A stretch of 47,365 bases of DNA, taken from Bdellovibrio sp. Its GTDB lineage: Bacteria > Bdellovibrionota > Bdellovibrionia > Bdellovibrionales > Bdellovibrionaceae. The notes below the pieces were generated by a model. It was given only the letters and a program-made list of their open reading frames with translations, searched no databases and was not told where the DNA came from. Shown in pieces: positions 16,490-24,542 of this stretch. Positions within the stretch are counted from its first letter, which is position 1. The number at the start of each line of letters is the position of its first letter. The stretch lies in NCBI GenBank assembly GCA_003176075.1, contig PSRN01000280.1:1-47365 (forward strand), read 5' to 3'. The translations under genes and the position numbers were made by a program.

Positions 16490-18561
16490 TGGCGGAGTCC
16501 GAGCATGTCTCTCTGCCTACGCCCGAGCCGCCGGTAAATCACGAGCTTCAGCGATGGAGTGTAGCGGTCGACGCTGGCTTGAACCAGCCGTTGACCTATC
16601 AGTCGGAAAAGGCCCTTTTCCCGGAGCTCACCCGCGGCCAGCGGGTTTGGGTGCCGCTCGTCAACCGCAAGACGACAGGCGTGATTCTCGGTCCCGATTC
16701 GCGACCCACCGAAGAGATGGAATTTGAAATCAAAAATATCCTGAGTGTGGACGAAGAATTCCCACCACTTCCCGCGCCTTACATGCGGTGGCTTGAATGG
16801 CTCAGCGAATATTACGTGCATCCAGTAGGTCTCGTGACCGACTTGGCCTTTCCGCCCCTTCGTCGAACCGCGCGAACCCTCGGGTCGCGCAAGGCACCCG
16901 CCGTGCCCAAGATCGCGCTCCAACCAAAGCACGAACTCAACCAGGAACAGCGTCAAGCGATTGATGAAATGACCTCCCACAGTGGGTTTCGCGTCCATTT
17001 GCTTTTTGGCGTGACCGGTTCCGGGAAAACCGAAGTCTACCTTGAAATGCTGGAGAAAGTTCTCGCCGACGGAAAGTGCGGATTGTTCCTGGTTCCTGAG
17101 ATTTCCCTCACCCCCCAGCTGATCCGCCGGTTCTCCGAACGCTTTGGCGAGCAGGTCGCGACCCTTCATTCGCAGTTGACCAATCGCGAGCGAACCGAAC
17201 AGTGGTGGTCGATTTTCGAAGGCCGGCGGAAAATCTTGATTGGCGCCCGTTCGGCGCTTTTTTGTCCTATCCCGAACTTGGGTCTTATCATCATCGATGA
17301 GGAGCATGAATCCAGTTTCAAACAAGAAGAGAAACTGAAATATCACGCTCGTGATGCGGCCATTGTGCTGGCCAAGGACTTTGACTTCCCGGTGATTTTA
17401 GGTTCGGCCACGCCCAGCCTTGAAACTTGGAAGAACGCGATCGATGGGAAATACCACCTCCATCGACTGAAAAAGCGCATCGGCGATCAACCGCTGCCAA
17501 CAATTTCCGTTCTTGACCTTCGGAAAACAGAGAAGGCACAGCATCTTCCAGGCTGGATGAGCCGCGAGCTCCATCTGAATTTGCTCGAAACCCTGAATCA
17601 AGGCCAGCAAGCGGCGCTTTTCTTAAATAGACGGGGATACTCTTCGGCCGTGGTCTGCGTTCAATGTGGCGATTCTCCACTTTGCCCCAACTGCGATATT
17701 CACCTGTCTCTCCACGGCAAGCGGCACTTGGTTTGCCACTACTGTGATTACTCGGAGCCTTATAAAGAGGACTGCCGAAAATGCGGTGGCAGCTCGTTGC
17801 CCTCCGGACTTGGGACGGAACAAATCGAGGAAGGTCTCGCCCGGCTTTTTCCGGAGGCACGACTGGCCAGGGCCGACCGCGATGAAATTCAGTCACGGGA
17901 TCAACTGGAAGAACTCATTGGCCGCATGGAGAAAGGCGATATTGATATCCTGATCGGAACACAAATGATCGCTAAGGGGCTGGATTTTCCGCGTCTTCGC
18001 TTCGCTGGCCTCGTCCTTGCCGACATTGGCTTTAACCTGCCAGAATTTCGCGCCACCGAACGAAGCTTTCAGCTGTTGACGCAAATGAGCGGCCGGGCCG
18101 GCCGCCACGGCGCCACTGCGGACAACCCGGGACGCGTGTTGATTCAGACTTACAATCCTGAACATCCAAGTATTGAATTCGCCGCCAGGGGCGATTACGA
18201 AGGATTCGCGGCGCTGGAACTGACACACCGAAAGCCTCTGGGTTATCCGCCGTTTCAAAGGTTGGCCGTATTGCGTGTCCAGAATCTTCATCGCAATCGC
18301 GCTTGGGCCAGCGCCTTGCAAATTCAGCGACAGCTTTCCGAAATCACACAAAAAACTTCGCTGCAGCAACGCTGCGAAATCCTCGGGCCGGCTGAGGCTC
18401 CACTGGCACGATTGAAAAGAGCCTACCGCTTTCACATCCTCATCAAGGCCGAAAATTCAAAAAGCTTGCTTTGGCTCTGTCAACGAGTTCTGGATCGGCA
18501 GAAATCTCTTTCCCCTGGAACAAATCTCAGCGTCGATATTGACCCCCTTCACCTTCTTTAA
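16489..18561 (+). CDS. priA: Primosomal replication-restart helicase PriA
   Basis: It has Walker A (GVTGSGKTEVY), DEEH, the Cys-rich zinc region CVQCGDSPLCPNCDIHLSLHGKRHLVCHYCDY..CRKCG, and helicase C motifs. It is 690 aa. Confidence 0.9.
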   Translation: MAESEHVSLPTPEPPVNHELQRWSVAVDAGLNQPLTYQSEKALFPELTRGQRVWVPLVNRKTTGVILGPDSRPTEEMEFEIKNILSVDEEFPPLPAPYMRWLEWLSEYYVHPVGLVTDLAFPPLRRTARTLGSRKAPAVPKIALQPKHELNQEQRQAIDEMTSHSGFRVHLLFGVTGSGKTEVYLEMLEKVLADGKCGLFLVPEISLTPQLIRRFSERFGEQVATLHSQLTNRERTEQWWSIFEGRRKILIGARSALFCPIPNLGLIIIDEEHESSFKQEEKLKYHARDAAIVLAKDFDFPVILGSATPSLETWKNAIDGKYHLHRLKKRIGDQPLPTISVLDLRKTEKAQHLPGWMSRELHLNLLETLNQGQQAALFLNRRGYSSAVVCVQCGDSPLCPNCDIHLSLHGKRHLVCHYCDYSEPYKEDCRKCGGSSLPSGLGTEQIEEGLARLFPEARLARADRDEIQSRDQLEELIGRMEKGDIDILIGTQMIAKGLDFPRLRFAGLVLADIGFNLPEFRATERSFQLLTQMSGRAGRHGATADNPGRVLIQTYNPEHPSIEFAARGDYEGFAALELTHRKPLGYPPFQRLAVLRVQNLHRNRAWASALQIQRQLSEITQKTSLQQRCEILGPAEAPLARLKRAYRFHILIKAENSKSLLWLCQRVLDRQKSLSPGTNLSVDIDPLHLL

Positions 18562-18575
18562 GATGATATATTCAA

Positions 18576-19424
18576 ATGTCGAATGTTGTGTGTCCGCGAT
18601 GCGGTGCGACCGTTGATAACTTGCAGCAACTCGATCCGCAAACCGTAGAGCAAATTTCGGAGCGAAATCGAGAACAGGTGCCGCCCCAGATCTGCATGTC
18701 CTGCTATCGGAGCCTGGTCGCTGGAGAGTCGTCAACCAAATCATCAGGTTCAGCCCTGCTGGCGCAAGAACGGGCCCGTGAGCAGCGCAAATTGATGCTC
18801 TGGAAAAGCCGGGTCAGTCTGATCAAAAAAGCACGCGCGTGCATGAATGAAAAAGCGTTCTCGGAAGCTGCCGTTTCCTATGAGAAATATATTCGCGTCC
18901 TGGAGGTGGTCTTTGACGTTCAGGCTGGCGAGTTAACGCCGGAGCATTTCAAGGACTCCGCCAGAACCCAGGAACTTACGGTTGTGGCGTCAGTTTTTTG
19001 GGACCTCCTGAGAATTTACGACACGAGTGAAAAGTACGGCGATCGTCAGGGACTGGCGGCGCAAAAGCTGGCGCAATTCCTTCGCTTCACTCCCATTTAC
19101 CCCGATATCCTGCGCAAAGCGGAATCCTTTTCGCGAACCGCGAAGAACCCCGCCATTATAAGAACTTTTATCAAGGCCGCCAGCGAGAACAAAGGAAAGT
19201 GTTTTATCGCCACCTCGGCTTTCGGCAGCGAAGATTGCATCGAGGTCCTCGTCTTGCGGATATGGCGGGATCAAACGCTAAATCATTCAATGCCAGGAAG
19301 AATTTTTGTCCGCTGTTATGAATGGGTTTCGCCCTCTTTGGCGGAACTCTTGGACCACGCCTCCGTGCTGAAACCCTTGGTGAGAGCTCTTTTGCGAATG
19401 TGGATTGGCGTGGTGATTCGGTAA
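18576..19424 (+). CDS. Hypothetical protein with an N-terminal zinc ribbon
   Basis: The zinc ribbon is CPRCG...CMSC. The C-terminal part contains CFIATSAFGSEDCIEVLVLRIWRD. Confidence 0.55.
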   Translation: MSNVVCPRCGATVDNLQQLDPQTVEQISERNREQVPPQICMSCYRSLVAGESSTKSSGSALLAQERAREQRKLMLWKSRVSLIKKARACMNEKAFSEAAVSYEKYIRVLEVVFDVQAGELTPEHFKDSARTQELTVVASVFWDLLRIYDTSEKYGDRQGLAAQKLAQFLRFTPIYPDILRKAESFSRTAKNPAIIRTFIKAASENKGKCFIATSAFGSEDCIEVLVLRIWRDQTLNHSMPGRIFVRCYEWVSPSLAELLDHASVLKPLVRALLRMWIGVVIR

Positions 19425-19642
19425 CGCTCTAAGCTCGTTTGTAGGCTCTCCGTATTTTTGATATAAAAGAGGAGGCATTTTTTATATTTAGATTATCAGA
19501 GGCTTACATGAGCTCCTTCACTCGGACCGCGCCTTTTAAGGTGAATTGAGAACTGTATGAATGCCCGCGCAAGTCATTGCCCTCACACCGGCCGCAACTG
19601 AAATTAATTTGCCTCTCCATCTTGGATCTCATAACTTAAGTC

Positions 19643-20785
19643 ATGCACTATGAGTTTGTAGTTATTGGCGCAGGATTATCCGGCTTGTCAGTCGCGCAGG
19701 CCTTGTCCCAAAAGGGAGCTAAGGTTTTGCTGCTGGAGAGACTTGACCGACTCGAAGGATCCCATCGTCTCATCGAGACACCGAGTGGACTGATTGCAAA
19801 CGGTCTCCGCTTGATTCCAGCGACCGAAGATAATCACCAGGCGCTTAAATTCTTGGCTAATTTGTGCGGGACTCCCGTTTACGCGCTCAAGCGCGAGCTC
19901 ACTCCCAAGACTTACGAAGCCAGCGGCTTTCGACCCTTTCTGGGATTTGGGGATCGGCCTCCCAAATTCATCGATCAAATTTCAGGTCTTCTATCGTCCC
20001 ACTTTCTCGACACCCTTCCACAAGCTTGCTCCTGGGGTTTGCTGTTGGAGCGAAATTGCAAAGCTGAAGTGCAAACGAAGTCCTATGTCACCCGCTTGGA
20101 AGTGGCCGAGGGCAAGGTCAAGTCGGTTGTCGTCAACGGTCACCGGAAAATCACGGCGGACCAATATATCTTTGCCGGCCCCCTCAATCAGCTGAGAGAT
20201 CTGATTGATCAAGAAACTTGGAATCCAAAATCCTTAAGCCGCTATGCCAAGATCAAATATTGGACCATGGTGGGCCTTGATCTGATTCATTCGAAGGATA
20301 TCGTCACCGAACCTTTCAGTCTCTTCATTCTTGACTCCACCACGCCCGACGAGTTGGGCCCGTGCCTGGGACAGTTTCAAAACCAAAATCAATCCCAGTG
20401 GATCAGCTTCATGGAGGACGGTGACGCCGAAGATTCGGAGATCCTTGGCCAAGCTCTTAAGAAGATTAAGCGACAGATCAAACGGGCTTTTCCCGATCTT
20501 CTTGATCAAGTGGCCTTTGAAAGAATTTGTGTTTTCCCATCGTGGGGCACGAGCCTTCCCCACGGGGATTTTCTGCCGGAGCTCGAGAACCTTCATTTCG
20601 CCAACGGGCAACTGAGCCATCTGCAAGGTTCCTGCGGTTCTTTGCATCAGGCCTTCACGGTGATCAAAGAGTTGAACCTTGAGCCAGAACTGAAAGAGCT
20701 CCACTGGACGGAATCTGAGCTTCCACCGCAAGCAGTGACGAATCCGCCACCTCCTTTCGAAAACATGCCGACTGACACCCTGTAG
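19643..20785 (+). CDS. FAD/NAD(P)-binding oxidoreductase
   Basis: The N-terminus has a Rossmann motif: FVVIGAGLSGLSVAQALSQKGAKVLLLE. Confidence 0.7.
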   Translation: MHYEFVVIGAGLSGLSVAQALSQKGAKVLLLERLDRLEGSHRLIETPSGLIANGLRLIPATEDNHQALKFLANLCGTPVYALKRELTPKTYEASGFRPFLGFGDRPPKFIDQISGLLSSHFLDTLPQACSWGLLLERNCKAEVQTKSYVTRLEVAEGKVKSVVVNGHRKITADQYIFAGPLNQLRDLIDQETWNPKSLSRYAKIKYWTMVGLDLIHSKDIVTEPFSLFILDSTTPDELGPCLGQFQNQNQSQWISFMEDGDAEDSEILGQALKKIKRQIKRAFPDLLDQVAFERICVFPSWGTSLPHGDFLPELENLHFANGQLSHLQGSCGSLHQAFTVIKELNLEPELKELHWTESELPPQAVTNPPPPFENMPTDTL

Positions 20786-20794
20786 CAACCAGAG

Positions 20795-20838
20795 TTCGTA
20801 GAGGATTCGTAGAGGATTCCTACAGAATTCCCAGAGGA
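20795..20838 (+). repeat. Four tandem 11-bp units
   Basis: The units are TTCGTAGAGGA, TTCGTAGAGGA, TTCCTACAGAA and TTCCCAGAGGA. They lie between the oxidoreductase stop and the L,D-transpeptidase-like gene. Confidence 0.8.
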
Positions 20839-20917
20839 AAATTCAGCGAGCGCGACGTAAGTCCATTGAGACTCCATGAACTGATTCCGATGACCACCCT
20901 CAACAAGGGGTGGCCAC

Positions 20918-21724
20918 ATGAAATCGGCAAGTTGGTTTTCGCGAAATCTTTCTTTGATCATACTTCTGACGACCGCATTGAGCATCGCCGGGTGCAGCGA
21001 CGACACGGTGGATGGACCGGAGAAGGAAGGCAAAGAAGGCTCCAAAGAAGCGGCCCTTCGACATCTTCCTGACGAGCCACTGACTGAGGCGCAGGCACAG
21101 CTCACCGAAAAGCCCCTGGAATCGTTATCCACCATTGATCGATCGGTCTTCATTGAGCCGCACCTGGAGGCCGCTGAAGAATCCAAAGTCCTTGCCAAGT
21201 ACAACTATCTTGATCCGGATCACCTTGTGCCAACCACACTATTGAAGAAGGCAGTCACTTTCTTCGACACCAATAAGAGCTACATCGCCAATCAAAACTA
21301 TCTGTCCGTCGTGGATTTTTCACAGCGTTCGTCAAAAGATCGATTCTTTATCATCAATATGAGCACTGGAAAAGTGTGGGCCATTCACGTCGCCCACGGC
21401 ACGGGTTCTGATCCCGCCAACAACGGTTACGCCGTTCGCTTCAGCAATGTTCCCAACTCCAACGCCAGCTCGCTTGGATATTACCTGACGGCGGAAACTT
21501 ATGGCGGAAAGTACGGGACTGCTCTGCGCCTGGATGGGCTCTCCAACACGAACTCCATGGTGCGCGAACGAGGCGTTGTTCTTCATGGCGCTCCCTATGT
21601 GAGGGAAGCAAATGTCATCGAAGGCCGAACCTGGGGCTGCCTTGGAGTCACCATGGATTACAAAAACCAAGTCATCAATCTGCTGAAACACGGCAGCTTG
21701 ATCTACGCCGGCTTGTCGAAGTAA
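20918..21724 (+). CDS. L,D-transpeptidase catalytic-domain (YkuD-like) lipoprotein
   Basis: The lipobox is LSIAGC. The C-terminal segment HGAPYV...GRTWGCLGV fits the His/Cys motif of YkuD-type domains. Confidence 0.65.
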   Translation: MKSASWFSRNLSLIILLTTALSIAGCSDDTVDGPEKEGKEGSKEAALRHLPDEPLTEAQAQLTEKPLESLSTIDRSVFIEPHLEAAEESKVLAKYNYLDPDHLVPTTLLKKAVTFFDTNKSYIANQNYLSVVDFSQRSSKDRFFIINMSTGKVWAIHVAHGTGSDPANNGYAVRFSNVPNSNASSLGYYLTAETYGGKYGTALRLDGLSNTNSMVRERGVVLHGAPYVREANVIEGRTWGCLGVTMDYKNQVINLLKHGSLIYAGLSK

Positions 21725-21763
21725 AATTTGCTTTTGGTGGGCTTGTACTCTGAACCCTTGGAA

Positions 21764-22201
21764 TCAATGCCTTCCACGTTTTCCAGCATTCCCTGGCGAC
21801 CCGTTACACTGCGCTAGGATATCTATGGCTTGAAGGTCCTGGCTCGATTTCGCGGTTCTCGGGTGAGTGTCACCTTTTGAAACCATAAGAACGCAGTTAT
21901 TCATGAACGTCTGGGGATTACAGGTTGTTTGCCGTCCACTAAAAGGAGCTGGAATCCAAGCAATATCCTTTATTGATCCCTGTTCGAGCATACCTGCGTC
22001 GCCGTTTGTAGCTAACGTTGTAATTCTGCAGTAGCTCAGTTCTATTTTTCCACTGTTGCAGGACGCCCTTATAGTTCCGTCCTCGTTACCATCACAACTA
22101 TCCTGTTTGACGGTCCTCGCCGAAACTGAAACCTCCTGAAACACGGTTACAGCCACGACAATGCCGCCGACAACGAACCTTATAATAAAATTAGTTTCCA
22201 T
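21764..22201 (-). CDS. Hypothetical membrane-anchored Cys-containing protein
   Basis: ATG at 22201 follows GAGGGG. The N-terminal TM is METNFIIRFVVGGIVVAVTVF. Confidence 0.5.
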   Translation of the reverse strand: METNFIIRFVVGGIVVAVTVFQEVSVSARTVKQDSCDGNEDGTIRASCNSGKIELSYCRITTLATNGDAGMLEQGSIKDIAWIPAPFSGRQTTCNPQTFMNNCVLMVSKGDTHPRTAKSSQDLQAIDILAQCNGSPGNAGKRGRH

Positions 22202-22461
22202 TGTTCCCCTCAAACATACCGTGAAATATTATCCGTCTCTTGTTAAGGAAAAATTCAAGATAGAAAATATCGCCAGAAATTGCAACGGCGGAAGTGTCGA
22301 AGGCAGAAACATTGATCGGCCGGTCTTCATTGAAAAACGGTGAACTTTTCGTCAGCCTCGAAGTCTCCTGACCCGGCTCGTAACCAGATTGGCGTACTTC
22401 CTTTTGAGGACCGGCGACAGAAAGCTCTTGTCGATCATCGTTTGCCAGGCGGGCTCAAGGT

Positions 22462-22713
22462 CTAAGATTCGTTTGGTTTCTTTTTCAATTTATTTCTCGG
22501 GTAAACTACCTCGGCCCGCAGTTTGATATTGAGAACTCGCAGCACACTCAGAAGGTTTTCGAAGTGAACGTTGATGTTGCCTTTTTCAACGTTAAAGACA
22601 AGCGTCTTGCCCACGCCCGCCAACTCAGCCAATTGCAGCTGGCTGAGACCAGCTTGCTTCCGGCGGAATCGAACCAATTCAGCTAAGGATTTCTTGTCCA
22701 AATTTACCGCCAT
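22462..22713 (-). CDS. XRE-family HTH regulator (HipB/y4mF-like antitoxin-type)
   Basis: The HTH reads LAELVRFRRKQAGLSQLQLAELAGVGKTLVFNVEKGNINVHFENLLSVLRVLNIKL. It is 83 aa. Confidence 0.75.
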   Translation of the reverse strand: MAVNLDKKSLAELVRFRRKQAGLSQLQLAELAGVGKTLVFNVEKGNINVHFENLLSVLRVLNIKLRAEVVYPRNKLKKKPNES

Positions 22714-22734
22714 ACCAATAAATTATGTTATTTT

Positions 22735-22851
22735 TTACCGGAATTACAGTTACTTTCTATTTCAATCATAATTACCGTAATTTATTGATGAGTTACTGGA
22801 ATAACAGTAAAATTTAACATTTTATTTTGTAAAATGCCGGAAATACGGTAA
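22735..22851. promoter_or_regulatory. Three 18-bp palindromic sites, TTACYG-GAAWWA-CRGTAA, plus one 11-bp palindrome; candidate operators
   Basis: The sites are 22735-22752 TTACCGGAATTACAGTTA, 22793-22810 TTACTGGAATAACAGTAA and 22834-22851 ATGCCGGAAATACGGTAA. The 11-bp palindrome is ATTACCGTAAT at 22771-22781. All lie 22-140 bp upstream of the XRE gene start. Confidence 0.5.
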
Positions 22852-22911
22852 TTAAATCTAAATTTTCAGAGAAGGCTCGCGTATTTTCAACCAAAACTAA
22901 ACGCAGTTTAC

Positions 22912-22969
22912 GATGTATTATAAGTCATCATTATTACATTTTTTGATGTATTAAAAGACATCATTATTA
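22912..22969. repeat. Two 25-bp direct repeats with 33-bp period
   Basis: The copies are GATGTATTATAAGTCATCATTATTA (22912-22936) and GATGTATTAAAAGACATCATTATTA (22945-22969), with 2 mismatches. Each contains GATG...CATC. Confidence 0.75.
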
Positions 22970-22987
22970 TTGATTTTCAGACCTGCC

Positions 22988-23389
22988 TCAGTACTCAGCC
23001 CTCTTGCGCAGCCCTTTGATCTCGCTTCGCCTTGATTTGGCGAGGCGTTTTCGTTCCTTCGACGCCCGTGTGGGGCGGGTGGGCCTTCGCGCTTTGGGGC
23101 GATGAAGAGCCTGCCGCAATAGCTCCAGCAGTTTTTCGCGGCAGCGGCGCTTGTTCGGCTCCAGATCGCGAAACTCATCGGAACGCAGAAAGAATTGGCC
23201 TTCACGATTGATGAACGATTGAAGCTTTTCTTCGACCATGATTTTTTCGTCACTATTGAGCCCCGCCGAACTGCGAAAATCCCAATAGAGCGTCGCCGCC
23301 GAGGAAACCTTATTTACGTTTTGTCCCCCCGGTCCCCGGCTCCGCACCGCTGAAAATCGAATTTCATTCTCAATAATATAGAAGAACAT
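22988..23389 (-). CDS. arfB: Peptidyl-tRNA hydrolase ArfB (alternative ribosome-rescue factor B)
   Basis: It has the GGQ motif (RSRGPGGQNVNKVSSA) and a basic C-terminal tail. It is 133 aa. Confidence 0.85.
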   Translation of the reverse strand: MFFYIIENEIRFSAVRSRGPGGQNVNKVSSAATLYWDFRSSAGLNSDEKIMVEEKLQSFINREGQFFLRSDEFRDLEPNKRRCREKLLELLRQALHRPKARRPTRPTRASKERKRLAKSRRSEIKGLRKRAEY

Positions 23390-23422
23390 GCGATCGAAGT
23401 GCCTCTCCTGGAAGTGCCTTTC

Positions 23423-24535
23423 CTACTTCACCCATTTCTCCGACGACGGAGGATTCGGCGCCACCTTCTGCAAATTCACGCCGGCGCGGGCCTTTTTCAA
23501 ATCACGCCAGCTTTTGCCCTTGCGGGCTTCGGCGTTCACCTGGAATGAGTTCACCGCTTTCGTATGCGAAGCCAGATCCTTGGAAAAGATATGAGTGCCG
23601 TTGTTGCGACTGACGAAGTACAGGTAATCGGACGGCACCGGTTGAACCGCCGCGACAAGGGCCGCCTCGCCGGGACTGGCGATCGGACCCGGCGGCAAGC
23701 CGGTTCTGGTGTAAGTGTTGTACTCGGTCGGGCGGTTCAGATCAGCGCGGGTGATGTTCATGCTCAAATGTCCCTCCACCACCGCCTTGCCGTAAAGCAC
23801 TGTTGGATCCGTCTGCAGCATCATTCCCTTCGCCAAGCGATTGTGAAAGACGCTGGAGATGACCGGCCGCTCTTCCGGCGCCCCCGTTTCCTTTTCGATG
23901 ATGCTGGCCAAAGTGACCACCTGATGCCTGGACATCTTGACCTTGGTGGCCAGAGGCTCGGCCGAGCGACGATAGACGGCAAGAAATCGCTCCACCATCC
24001 CTCGAACAATACTGCGAAGGTCGGAGTACCTGGTGATCTGATAAGTCTCGGGATAAAGATACCCTTCCAAAGAGAAAATATTTTCCCCCAGCAGCTCCTT
24101 GATGAAAGCCCGGTCATGGACGGTCTTCCAAAATTCCGTTCGCGTGCCAAAACCGTGTTCCTCAAAGGCCGCGCTGATTTCAAAAAGATTCAGACCTTCA
24201 GCGATAGTAAAGTTTCTTCCCACCGACTTGCCGCTGGTGATGATTTGCAGGACTTCCATCGGCCGAAGATTGCGGCTCAGCTGGTATTCGCCCACTTTTA
24301 ACCCGTTCGACTGTCCGCTGATCTTGGCCATGACCAGAAACCAAGTCGCTCCCTTCACAACGCCCAAATTCTCCAACTCACGCGCGACCTGATGCAAATT
24401 CTTCCCCGGCTTGACTTCGTAAATGAAACCCTCAGCCGAACCCGAGGGCGATGTATTCAAGAACTGCTGCCACATCAGCCACGCCGCCGCCGCGGCAGCG
24501 ACAATACAGATGATGAAAATCGACAGTACTTTCAT
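23423..24535 (-). CDS. mltG: Endolytic murein transglycosylase MltG (YceG family)
   Basis: It has an N-terminal TM and YceG-type motifs: LASIIEKET, ISSVFHNRL, MMLQTDPTVLYG, YNTYTRTGLPPGPIASPG and YLYFVS. Confidence 0.85.
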   Translation of the reverse strand: MKVLSIFIICIVAAAAAAWLMWQQFLNTSPSGSAEGFIYEVKPGKNLHQVARELENLGVVKGATWFLVMAKISGQSNGLKVGEYQLSRNLRPMEVLQIITSGKSVGRNFTIAEGLNLFEISAAFEEHGFGTRTEFWKTVHDRAFIKELLGENIFSLEGYLYPETYQITRYSDLRSIVRGMVERFLAVYRRSAEPLATKVKMSRHQVVTLASIIEKETGAPEERPVISSVFHNRLAKGMMLQTDPTVLYGKAVVEGHLSMNITRADLNRPTEYNTYTRTGLPPGPIASPGEAALVAAVQPVPSDYLYFVSRNNGTHIFSKDLASHTKAVNSFQVNAEARKGKSWRDLKKARAGVNLQKVAPNPPSSEKWVK

Positions 24536-24542
24536 CCCACAC

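Noticed and set aside
19466-19492. AT hairpin ATATAAAA-GAGGAGGCAT-TTTTATAT downstream of the 18576..19424 gene, considered as a terminator or small RNA
   Set aside because: The stem is all A/T, so it is weak. There is no GC clamp or proper U-tract, and only tiny ORFs (13-14 codons) follow.
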